Below, one piece after another: positions 1 to 7,203 of a stretch of 30,968 nt of DNA. The notes under the pieces were generated by a model. The model saw only the letters and a program-made list of their open reading frames with translations. It had not been told where the DNA came from and did no database searches. The stretch is from the IMG/VR virus record IMGVR_UViG_3300011335_000030, positions 1 to 30,968 of that record, one strand, 5' to 3'. Both the position numbers and the translations under genes were made by a program. The stretch is from a virus (lineage: Duplodnaviria; Caudoviricetes). Numbering within the stretch: position 1 is the stretch's first letter; each line of letters opens with the position of its first letter.

Positions 1-1
1 A

Positions 2-520
2 CCTTGGAGAGGAAAAATCGATGTTATCTCAGGAGGTTTTCCATGCCAAGATATTTCTGCCGCAGGAAAAGGCGCAGGACTTGACGGAGAAAGGTCAGGA
101 CTCTGGGGAGAAATGGCAAGGGTCATTCACGAAGTACAGCCCAGTTTCGTGTTCGTGGAAAACTCACCAATGCTCGTTTCTAGGGGACTTGGACGAGTTC
201 TCGGAGACTTGGCCTCGATGGGGTTCGATGCGAACTGGGGAGTGTTATCAGCTTCCGATGTCAGAGCAAAACATAAACGAGACAGAATATGGATTGTGGC
301 CCACACCAACAACACCAAGCGGAGGAGGCAATTGCGGAGGTTCTGGGGCTTACAAAAATGCAATCAAGAATGGGACTCACATTCCACATTCGATAAACCC
401 GAGCCTATACGAATGGTTGATGGGGTGGCCAACAGGGTGGACAGACTTAAAGCCATTGGAAACGGACAAGTTCCACTTTGCGCTGCAACAGCATGGAGAA
501 TCCTAAGTGAATCACTTTGA
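2..520 (+). CDS. C5 DNA cytosine methyltransferase, 3' part (5'-truncated by the window); lacks motif IX
   Basis: Frame open from base 2: PWRGKIDVISGGFPCQDIS (motif IV), FVENSPML (VI), KHKRDRIWIVA (VIII), RLKAIGNGQVP (X). Confidence 0.93.
   Translation, partial: PWRGKIDVISGGFPCQDISAAGKGAGLDGERSGLWGEMARVIHEVQPSFVFVENSPMLVSRGLGRVLGDLASMGFDANWGVLSASDVRAKHKRDRIWIVAHTNNTKRRRQLRRFWGLQKCNQEWDSHSTFDKPEPIRMVDGVANRVDRLKAIGNGQVPLCAATAWRILSESL
21..506 (+). CDS. Overlapping alternative-frame polypeptide, probable beta subunit of the C5 methyltransferase (supplies motif IX); true start may lie upstream
   Basis: 161-aa ORF nested in the MTase gene, frame open back to base 3. Contains LWPTPT and INPSLYEWLMGWPTGWTD (motif IX-like). 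Confidence 0.7.
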   Translation: MLSQEVFHAKIFLPQEKAQDLTEKGQDSGEKWQGSFTKYSPVSCSWKTHQCSFLGDLDEFSETWPRWGSMRTGECYQLPMSEQNINETEYGLWPTPTTPSGGGNCGGSGAYKNAIKNGTHIPHSINPSLYEWLMGWPTGWTDLKPLETDKFHFALQQHGES

Positions 521-531
521 ATGGCCTACAA

Positions 532-747
532 ATGACTCCAGCCGAATTAGAACACTTCAAAAATTGCGAAGCCCAAGAGTGGATACGCAGGTACAACCAA
601 AAGAAATTGACGATTGGCTCAAGCAAAGCGTTGCTCTGGTGGCAGGGCGTGTGCGTGGACTTGGAACGAATCAGAGGAAAGTCAGATACTTTGGATTTGA
701 GAAACCGCATGACGAGGTTACGAAATGAGGAGAGCAGCCAGAGTTGA
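532..747 (+). CDS. Hypothetical protein
   Basis: ORF fills the gap between MTase and nuclease; ATG 532 (TTG 517 is an alternative start). Confidence 0.65.
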   Translation: MTPAELEHFKNCEAQEWIRRYNQKKLTIGSSKALLWWQGVCVDLERIRGKSDTLDLRNRMTRLRNEESSQS

Positions 748-991
748 TGCTAACCAAGAACAGATAGTTTCTGCCTTGCGTGGCGCAGGTGCATATGTCT
801 GGATTATTGGACTACCAGTTGACCTTTTGGTTGGCTACAAGGGTCACACCTTTCTCGTTGAGATTAAAACAGACTCTAAAAAGCGTTTAACGAAGCTACA
901 AGCCGATTTTTTTGAAAATTGGTCAGGTAGTACCTTGGCGAGAATAGATTGCCCAGAAGCCGCATTAAGAATGATTGGAGTAGTCAAGTGA
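725..991 (+). CDS. Small PD-(D/E)XK (VRR-NUC-like) endonuclease / possible resolvase
   Basis: RVDANQEQIV..LR..GA, PVDLLVG, LVEIK, LTKLQ..F pattern. Confidence 0.8.
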   Translation: MRRAARVDANQEQIVSALRGAGAYVWIIGLPVDLLVGYKGHTFLVEIKTDSKKRLTKLQADFFENWSGSTLARIDCPEAALRMIGVVK

Positions 992-1320
992 AAGCACCAT
1001 ACAAAGCCATCGAATACATCATTGAAAACGCACCAAAGTATGCGGAAGCCAAAGCACAAAGAATTTACCTTGAGGAATTCCGAAAAACTAAAAAGGCTTT
1101 GCTGATGAAGGAAGCGTTAGCCAAGGGTATAGATTCTGCTGTGGCTCAAGAGCGTGAAGCCTATGCTCACTACGAATATGCTGATTTGCTTAAAGGGCTT
1201 ATGGCGGCTATCGAGAAAGAAGAAACTTTAAAGTGGATGCTGACTGCTGCCCAGATGAAAGCTGACATTTGGCGTTCTGAGCAAGCAAGTGAGCGTCTTG
1301 GCGTAAAAACAACAGAGTAG
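988..1320 (+). CDS. Helical/coiled-coil phage protein
   Basis: GTGA overlap with upstream stop; amphipathic helical 110-aa product. Confidence 0.75.
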   Translation: MKAPYKAIEYIIENAPKYAEAKAQRIYLEEFRKTKKALLMKEALAKGIDSAVAQEREAYAHYEYADLLKGLMAAIEKEETLKWMLTAAQMKADIWRSEQASERLGVKTTE

Positions 1321-1417
1321 GGTAAATACTTAGATATATTTTTCAACAAAGTGTTGAGAAAACTATACAATGACACCAGCCCAAGCAATTCGTGAGGGTA
1401 CTTTTAAGGAATAAGTC
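1318..1417 (+). promoter_or_regulatory. Promoter/operator/leader module, copy 1
   Basis: TAGGGTAAATACTTA (1318-1332), TACAAT (1366-1371), CAGCCCAAGCAATTCGTGAGGGT, SD TAAGGA; homologous to minus-strand 30042-30139. Confidence 0.8.
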
Positions 1418-1558
1418 ATGAAACTTTATGGAATAAATTTTTTCTGCGACTACAAGTCACATTCTGAGCAAATTTGGGCTGTTGGTCGCTATGAGTTGGA
1501 AAAGCAAATTTTGTCTCAGTATCCTAAAGCTACTGGTATCAACATTTGGATTATTTAA
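1418..1558 (+). CDS. 46-aa hypothetical protein (not in ORF track)
   Basis: TAAGGA SD then ATG; MKLYGINFFCDYKSHSEQIWAVGRYELEKQILSQYPKATGINIWII. Confidence 0.75.
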   Translation: MKLYGINFFCDYKSHSEQIWAVGRYELEKQILSQYPKATGINIWII

Positions 1559-1568
1559 GGAATAAATC

Positions 1569-1832
1569 ATGTCTGACAAAACTTTTAAATTTGAGACTAC
1601 AACTGGTGCTGGTGACGAGACTGTTCAATGCGTACTGGAATACGACATTGATGAAAGTGGAACATATGCAGAAAACTTGATTGAAATTAAATATCAAGGT
1701 GTTTCTGTTTTCTCTCTTTTGTCTGATGACCAGTTTGTTGACTTGGAAATGAAGGGAACAATGATGTTGGCTAGTCATTTGATTGCAGAAGCTGACCATG
1801 CAAAGATTATTGCTTACGAAAATCGTGAATAA
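1569..1832 (+). CDS. Acidic hypothetical protein
   Basis: Strong SD TAAGGA; 87-aa ORF. Confidence 0.8.
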   Translation: MSDKTFKFETTTGAGDETVQCVLEYDIDESGTYAENLIEIKYQGVSVFSLLSDDQFVDLEMKGTMMLASHLIAEADHAKIIAYENRE

Positions 1833-1911
1833 GACTTGGCAACTAATTGTTATTTCACTAGCGGCTTTTTGGTCGCTGGTGGTCTATTTCATAAGGGTTT
1901 TGTATGACTGA
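1825..1911 (+). CDS. 28-aa single-TM peptide (not in ORF track)
   Basis: GTG start; MNKTWQLIVISLAAFWSLVVYFIRVLYD; overlaps both neighbours and fills the gap. Confidence 0.55.
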   Translation: MNKTWQLIVISLAAFWSLVVYFIRVLYD

Positions 1912-2149
1912 ATTCAGCATATTTGAGAAAGCAATGGGTTGGCGCAAGCGTCAAATGGTTGAGAGCCAGTTAAAAGTTGTTGGTGAAGCCAGAAACAATA
2001 CTTTAGAAGAAGTGGCTAAGGAATTCGACAAAATGAAAGCCTTTGGTGACACATCTCAAAGTTTTGCTACTTATGTTCGAAACATGAAGGCTTGCCCTCC
2101 TTGTTATGGAAACTGTAACCAAGGCAGAAACTGCCCTGCAAGAAAATGA
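1904..2149 (+). CDS. Hypothetical protein with C-terminal Cys cluster
   Basis: Ends CPPCYGNCNQGRNCPARK; ATGA coupling to next gene. Confidence 0.75.
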   Translation: MTEFSIFEKAMGWRKRQMVESQLKVVGEARNNTLEEVAKEFDKMKAFGDTSQSFATYVRNMKACPPCYGNCNQGRNCPARK

Positions 2150-2370
2150 ACAGAGAAGACATTATTCGCATGGCACGAGAGGCGGGGTTCAATGTTGAGA
2201 AAGGATATTTGTTGCGGATAACAGGTATAGATGAAGACCTTGAACGCTTTGCCACCCTTGTCGCTTCTGCCGAGCGTGAAAGATTTGCTGACGAGTGCAT
2301 TGACCTTGTTGCAAGTTATGGAGGCCCTGTTGATTTGGAAGCCGCCATCCGAGCAAGGGGACAAGCATGA
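2146..2370 (+). CDS. Small modular phage protein (MAREAG...LERFA...AIRARG type)
   Basis: ATGA coupling at both ends; recurring phage mini-gene pattern. Confidence 0.8.
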   Translation: MNREDIIRMAREAGFNVEKGYLLRITGIDEDLERFATLVASAERERFADECIDLVASYGGPVDLEAAIRARGQA

Positions 2371-2518
2371 TTGAAATTAAACAACCAGAACCGCACCCAT
2401 TAGTCAGTGAACTGCTGATGGAAATTTTAAAAATCAATGAGCAAATTGTCCGACAAAACGCTTTAATTGCTCAAGCAATGACATTGCCTGCAATGATTGT
2501 TAAAGGGGACAAGCATGA
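2355..2518 (+). repeat. 16-bp perfect direct repeat AAGGGGACAAGCATGA (2355-2370, 2503-2518)
   Basis: Read directly; each copy contains an SD and ATG. Confidence 0.9.
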
Positions 2519-2522
2519 CTAA
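2367..2522 (+). CDS. 51-aa hypothetical protein (not in ORF track)
   Basis: MIEIKQPEPHPLVSELLMEILKINEQIVRQNALIAQAMTLPAMIVKGDKHD; starts in repeat copy 1. Confidence 0.7.
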   Translation: MIEIKQPEPHPLVSELLMEILKINEQIVRQNALIAQAMTLPAMIVKGDKHD

Positions 2523-2892
2523 AGAACATGAAGCATTGAAGCTGGCGCTGGAGGCGTTGGAGGAGGCTTGGTATCACGTTGGCACATTTCAGCCAACCGA
2601 GAAAGCAATAGACCTGTATGACGAGGCAAGAACCGCCATTAAAGAAACCTTGGCACAGCCAGAGCATGGTTGGACACCTGAACGCATTGCAGGGATAGCA
2701 CGATTAAAAGATGCTCAGGATAAGAAATTGGCACAGCGCACATGGGTTGGGCTGACCGATGAGGAGATTGAATATGCGTTCAGAACAAACTCTGTGATGG
2801 TTGATGACGGCAACGCATACATGGTTGCGGGAAAGCGTGCAGTCAACATTGCCCAAGCCATTGAAGCCAAACTCAAGGAGAAGAACACATGA
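2515..2892 (+). CDS. Modular phage protein (EALKLALEALE...WVGLTDEEI...IEAKLKEKNT type)
   Basis: Starts in repeat copy 2; ends in AAGGAG SD/ATGA coupling. Confidence 0.8.
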   Translation: MTKEHEALKLALEALEEAWYHVGTFQPTEKAIDLYDEARTAIKETLAQPEHGWTPERIAGIARLKDAQDKKLAQRTWVGLTDEEIEYAFRTNSVMVDDGNAYMVAGKRAVNIAQAIEAKLKEKNT

Positions 2893-3086
2893 GTAAAGGT
2901 TCAACTCCAAGACCATTCAAAGTAAGCAATGAAGAATACTCAAACCGATGGGATGCCATTTTTGGCAGAGACAATGAGAAAAAGAACGAAGCGCAAAGTT
3001 TGGAATCTGATAGACCCGATAACTCACAGCATAGTGGGAGCAGCGATAACGCAGAGAGACAAGTTGGACAAACTAAGAATGCTTGA
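2889..3086 (+). CDS. Hypothetical protein (MSKGSTPRPF...WDAIF)
   Basis: AAGGAG SD and ATGA coupling; 3' part overlaps the next gene. Confidence 0.65.
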   Translation: MSKGSTPRPFKVSNEEYSNRWDAIFGRDNEKKNEAQSLESDRPDNSQHSGSSDNAERQVGQTKNA

Positions 3087-3432
3087 GTATTCAGCCTTAG
3101 ATTCAATGACTAAAGGTTCAGGAACAGTTAGTGATTGGAGAACTTTGGTAGATTTGCTCAATCTTTCAGAAATGATGGGTAAAGGTGGTATAGGTCCAGA
3201 GGTTTTACCAATCTGTGAGAAAGCCCAAGCAAGTCTACATAAAGCTGCTATGCGCTTTCAAGAATCTGGTAGGCTTGGCTTAGATGGGATAGGTATTCAG
3301 GCAATTCGGGAATTGTTGGAGTACGCTGATTTACAACAGTCCAGCATTGCGAGAAGTGAGTTTGAGAGATACATTCAGAAAACAAAAGACTACATAAGGT
3401 CACATGGAAATCTGGTGGTAGAAATTGAATAA
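2974..3432 (+). CDS. Hypothetical helical protein
   Basis: Long ORF; likely start MRKRTKRKVW at 2974. Confidence 0.75.
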   Translation: MRKRTKRKVWNLIDPITHSIVGAAITQRDKLDKLRMLEYSALDSMTKGSGTVSDWRTLVDLLNLSEMMGKGGIGPEVLPICEKAQASLHKAAMRFQESGRLGLDGIGIQAIRELLEYADLQQSSIARSEFERYIQKTKDYIRSHGNLVVEIE

Positions 3433-3682
3433 CAGTTATACAAAGCGTGAAAGACTGCACATTGCCAGAATAAAAGAGATGCCTTGTGGTGTTTGTGGTC
3501 AATCTGGACCATCAGATGCGCACCATATCAAGCAACACCAGCAGTATCTTTGTATTCCGCTATGCAAGGACTGCCATCAAGGGCCGCACAATGGAATTCA
3601 TGGACAGGCTAGGATTTGGTCAGTTATGAAGCATGATGAAATGTCGGTATTAAACGAAACGCTTGCAAAACTTATTGGATAG
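3425..3682 (+). CDS. HNH-type Zn-binding nuclease (Ref/DUF968-like)
   Basis: PCGVCG...DAHHI...IPLCKDCHQG..GIHG. Confidence 0.8.
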   Translation: MNNSYTKRERLHIARIKEMPCGVCGQSGPSDAHHIKQHQQYLCIPLCKDCHQGPHNGIHGQARIWSVMKHDEMSVLNETLAKLIG

Positions 3683-3718
3683 AGTAAAGTGTGTTTACCA
3701 GATTGCCATTTGGGATTT

Positions 3719-3743
3719 AGAGGGACTTGTTCCCTCTTTTTTT
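3719..3743 (+). terminator. Rho-independent terminator
   Basis: AGAGGGA-CTTGT-TCCCTCT followed by T tract. Confidence 0.85.
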
Positions 3744-3746
3744 GTG

Positions 3747-3755
3747 TGCGATAAT
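3747..3755 (+). promoter_or_regulatory. Extended -10 promoter candidate for the packaging/late region
   Basis: TGcGATAAT just after the terminator, upstream of ATG 3780. Confidence 0.45.
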
Positions 3756-3779
3756 GGTACAAACTCCATAGGGACAACT

Positions 3780-4235
3780 ATGTCTGGACTTCTTGCACCA
3801 CAAGCTGCTATCACAATTGAAATTGCTCAACAAGAGGGCGAAGGCATGATTTCCGCAGAGGAAAATGCTAAAACTCGTACATTCTTGATGGAAAACTGGA
3901 ATCTAGGCCCAGAAAAAACAAACCAGCCAAACATGGATTACTGGCGCACCTTATCTAAGGTATGGCGTATATCACCAGAGCAAGCCAAGCGTAACCTTTG
4001 TGCTAACTGTGAATATTTCAACGATAGCCCTGATATGTTGGCTAAGATGGAATCAGTCCCTCAAGACCAATATGACGCTGATGGTGGTGGGCGTGGCTGG
4101 TGTTCCAAGTGGGACTTTATCTGCCATAACTTGCGTGTATGTCGTGCTTGGGAAAAAGGCGAGCAACCAATGGCTGAAGAAGAAGGCTATGAGAATGGCG
4201 CAGATATGATGGAGGAAGATAATGGGAACGACTAA
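3780..4235 (+). CDS. Cys-rich (putative metal-binding) protein
   Basis: CANCEYF...CSKWDFICHNLRVCRAW; AGGGA SD before ATG 3780. Confidence 0.8.
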   Translation: MSGLLAPQAAITIEIAQQEGEGMISAEENAKTRTFLMENWNLGPEKTNQPNMDYWRTLSKVWRISPEQAKRNLCANCEYFNDSPDMLAKMESVPQDQYDADGGGRGWCSKWDFICHNLRVCRAWEKGEQPMAEEEGYENGADMMEEDNGND

Positions 4236-4410
4236 TCAACAAGCTGCTCAAATGATGGGTCTTTATGCCAATATCAATGCAAAGAAAAAACGCATTGAAG
4301 CACAAAAGGCTGCTGGCAAAACTCCAGAGCGTATGCGTCCAGTTGGCTCGAAAGGTGCGCCAACTGCGAGTGCGTTTAAGCAAGCGGCTAAGACTGCTAA
4401 AAAGAAATGA
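4222..4410 (+). CDS. Small basic protein
   Basis: GGAGGA SD; GLYANINAKKKRI...GAPTASAFKQAAKTAKKK. Confidence 0.8.
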   Translation: MGTTNQQAAQMMGLYANINAKKKRIEAQKAAGKTPERMRPVGSKGAPTASAFKQAAKTAKKK

Positions 4411-4706
4411 CAGCAGCGTGGACTAAAAAAGAGGGAAAAAACTCTAAAGGTGGCCTTAATGAAAAAGGTCGCAAGTCCTATGAGAAAGAACACGCAGGAA
4501 GCAATCTAAAGCCTCCAGTTAAGTCTGGTGATAATCCTCGCAGAGCATCTTTCTTAGCTAGAATGGGTAACATGGCAGGGCCAGAGCGAAAGCCTGATGG
4601 AAGCCCTACAAGATTATTGCAAAGCCTCCAAGTATGGGGTGCTAGTTCAAAAGCTGATGCAAGAGCAAAAGCTAAAGCAATTTCCGCTAGAAACAAGAAA
4701 GGTTAA
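4407..4706 (+). CDS. Small basic protein (DUF6321-like)
   Basis: AWTKKEGKNSKGGLNEKGRKSY...NPRRASFLARM. Confidence 0.8.
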   Translation: MTAAWTKKEGKNSKGGLNEKGRKSYEKEHAGSNLKPPVKSGDNPRRASFLARMGNMAGPERKPDGSPTRLLQSLQVWGASSKADARAKAKAISARNKKG

Positions 4707-4708
4707 TT

Positions 4709-4882
4709 ATGATGAAAACTAAACTGAACAAAAAAGGTCAGGAAAAAGTTGGTGCTGTAATGCACGAATTCAAAACTGGCACTTTGCACTCTGGTAAGGG
4801 TGGTAAGGTTGTTAAGAATCCAAAGCAAGCCATTGCTATTGCTATTTCTGAAGCTGCCAAGAAAATGGGTCGCATGAAGTGA
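4709..4882 (+). CDS. 57-aa basic protein (DUF6496-like; not in ORF track)
   Basis: KVGAVMHEFKTGTLHSGKGGKVVKNPKQAIAIAISEA. Confidence 0.8.
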   Translation: MMKTKLNKKGQEKVGAVMHEFKTGTLHSGKGGKVVKNPKQAIAIAISEAAKKMGRMK

Positions 4883-4946
4883 TATATTTAATCCATTTAT
4901 TGTGAGTGGATACTAACTTGACCAACCCTAGAGGAGTCAAACACAA

Positions 4947-5213
4947 ATGGTTGAAAAACAATCAAACCTTTCAAATAGAGGTGGCGCACGAGAAGGTGCT
5001 GGAAGACCTAAAGGAAGCCTAGACAAAGGCAATGCCGCTATCAGAGAGATGATTATTGAAGCACTTGAGGGTGCTGGTGGCGTTTCATATCTAATCGACA
5101 AAGCCGAGAGCCATCCACAGGCTTTCATGGGACTTATAGGTAAAGTCTTACCACTTCAGGTAACTGGAGAAGAAGGTAAAGACATTCAGATAAGCGTCCA
5201 ATGGCAGAAGTAA
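4947..5213 (+). CDS. terS: Terminase small subunit
   Basis: GGAREGAGRPKGS, AFMGLIGKVLPLQVTG; GAGGAG SD; immediately upstream of terL. Confidence 0.75.
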   Translation: MVEKQSNLSNRGGAREGAGRPKGSLDKGNAAIREMIIEALEGAGGVSYLIDKAESHPQAFMGLIGKVLPLQVTGEEGKDIQISVQWQK

Positions 5214-6463
5214 TCGAGATAGCCTACAGACCCAGAGAGCAGCAACTTGCTATTCACGATTTGATGGATGGCAAGCGTTTTGGCGTTGTTGTGGCCCATA
5301 GGCGTATGGGTAAGACAGTCTCTGCAATTAACCACTTAATCAAGGAAGCAGTCCTTAACCAAAAGGAAGCCCCTAGATATGCTTATATAGCCCCTACATA
5401 TGGTCAAGCTAAGAGGGTGGCATGGGACTACCTTGTTAAGTATGCCGAGCCTCTAGGCGGCACTCAGAACATTACTGAATTGCGAGTTGACTTCTGGGGC
5501 AGACGAATTCAGTTGTACGGCTCAGACAATCCAGAAACATTGCGTGGTCAATACTTTGATGGGGTAATCCTAGACGAGATTGGTGACCAGAATCCTAAGA
5601 TTTGGACAGATATTGTCAGACCTGCACTAGCTGACCGAAAAGGCTGGTGTTTATTCATTGGCACACCCAAGGGGCATAACCACTTCAAAGAACTGCGAGA
5701 CAGGGCTGAGAAAGAAGAAGGTTGGGGCTTGCTGGAGTTTAAAGCCTCTGAAACAGGGGTGGTGGATGATACAGAACTGAAAGCTGCTCGTAATGAGATG
5801 GGTGAGGATAAATATCGTCAAGAGTTTGAGTGTAGCTTTGATGCTGCTGTAGAAGGCTCTTATTATGGTCAAATCCTGAACGAACTGGAAGACAAGCATC
5901 ATATGCAAGAGATTCCTAGAGAAGAACTAAGCCGTACATTTACTGCTTGGGACTTGGGAATGGGTGACTCTACGAGTATCTGGGTGGCTCAACTGGTTGG
6001 TACTGAGATTCGCCTAATCGACTATTACGAGAATCATGGCGTAGGTTTAGACCATTATGTGAAGTGGATTAAGGATAATGACTATCTGAAAGCCGAGCAT
6101 ATTTTGCCCCATGATGTGAAGGTTAGAGAACTTGGCACAGGCAAAAGCCGTATGGAAATGCTTGAAGAATCAGGACTGGAAGTAAAGATTGCACCCAGAA
6201 TAGGACTAGATGATGGTATCCAATCTGTTAGGCGACTGCTGCCAAGATGCTGGTTTAATGTACCAAAGGTACAAACAGGACTGAATTGCCTGAGAAACTA
6301 TCGCAGAGACTATGACGAGAAGCGTAAGATTTTCTATGAAAGGCCACTTCACGATTGGTCAAGTCATGGCTCTGATTCATTCCGATACTTAGCCCTTGGA
6401 CTTGATGAAGGTCATTCAACTTGGGATAAGCCTATTAACCAACTTCCGAAATGGATTGTCTAA
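5201..6463 (+). CDS. terL: Terminase large subunit
   Basis: Walker A AHRRMGKT, Walker B VILDE, GTPKG coupling motif, nuclease WDLG and HGSDSFRY. Confidence 0.96.
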   Translation: MAEVIEIAYRPREQQLAIHDLMDGKRFGVVVAHRRMGKTVSAINHLIKEAVLNQKEAPRYAYIAPTYGQAKRVAWDYLVKYAEPLGGTQNITELRVDFWGRRIQLYGSDNPETLRGQYFDGVILDEIGDQNPKIWTDIVRPALADRKGWCLFIGTPKGHNHFKELRDRAEKEEGWGLLEFKASETGVVDDTELKAARNEMGEDKYRQEFECSFDAAVEGSYYGQILNELEDKHHMQEIPREELSRTFTAWDLGMGDSTSIWVAQLVGTEIRLIDYYENHGVGLDHYVKWIKDNDYLKAEHILPHDVKVRELGTGKSRMEMLEESGLEVKIAPRIGLDDGIQSVRRLLPRCWFNVPKVQTGLNCLRNYRRDYDEKRKIFYERPLHDWSSHGSDSFRYLALGLDEGHSTWDKPINQLPKWIV

Positions 6464-6630
6464 TGTATTTAATGCCTCAAGGGATTAACCTAGCCCCAAA
6501 AGTAAAAGAACTTGAAAAGCGACTTGAAATGTTGGAAAATGTGGTAAAAGCATTACAGGAAAAGAATGTTAGAATTGGTAGGCCACCAAAGGAAAAAAAT
6601 GAGCCAACAGAAGACAAGCGGAGTTTATAA
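6463..6630 (+). CDS. 55-aa coiled-coil protein with GRPPK motif (not in ORF track)
   Basis: TAATG coupling to terL; MYLMPQGINLAPKVKELEKRLEMLENVVKALQEKNVRIGRPPKEKNEPTEDKRSL. Confidence 0.8.
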   Translation: MYLMPQGINLAPKVKELEKRLEMLENVVKALQEKNVRIGRPPKEKNEPTEDKRSL

Positions 6631-7203
6631 GATTACCAACAAGGTAAATGGTAAGCATTACATTGGTGTTTCTGTAAACATAAAGTCAAGATGGAGTAAT
6701 CACAAAAGTATTAACTCAAAGCGTGTTTCTTTTATAAAAAATGCCATAAAAAAATATGGTGTTGATGCTTTTGAGTTTAGTATTATTGAGGAATGTCATA
6801 AAGACTTGTTTGAGGAAAAAGAAAGATATTGGATAGATTTCTATCAATCAATGACAAATGGCTACAATTTGACTGCTGGTGGAAGCATTAGAAAAGAACT
6901 TTCTGAGCAAACTAAGCTGCAAATGTCAGCAAAAAGGAAGGGCGTTCCAAAGTCAAAGGAACACATAGCCAAGATTTCTATTGCAAATAGGTCTGAAAGT
7001 GTTAGATTAGCAATAAGTGCAAAACTTACAGGGAGAAAGCTGTCTGAAGAAACAAAGGCAAAAATGTCTGCAAGTAAGATGGGCCATTCAGTAAGTAAGG
7101 AATCTATTGACAAAATGCTAAAAACAAAGTTAGCAAATTTTTCTCAGAAAGTATTACAATTGGATAAACCCCGAATGGGTCGCCCTCCAAAGGACAAAAA
7201 TGG
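6547..7203 (+). repeat. Diverged direct repeat flanking the endonuclease (6547-6602 and 7148-7203)
   Basis: Encode KALQEKNVRIGRPPKEKNE and KVLQLDKPRMGRPPKDKNG, colinear, offset 601 bp. Confidence 0.8.

Noticed and set aside
507-728. 73-aa ORF starting right after the alternative-frame MTase ORF
   Set aside because: Almost fully overlaps the 532-747 ORF and has no recognisable motif; cannot be supported without homologue data.
3663-3779. N-terminal extension of the 3663-4235 ORF
   Set aside because: Runs through a terminator; ATG 3780 has the SD.
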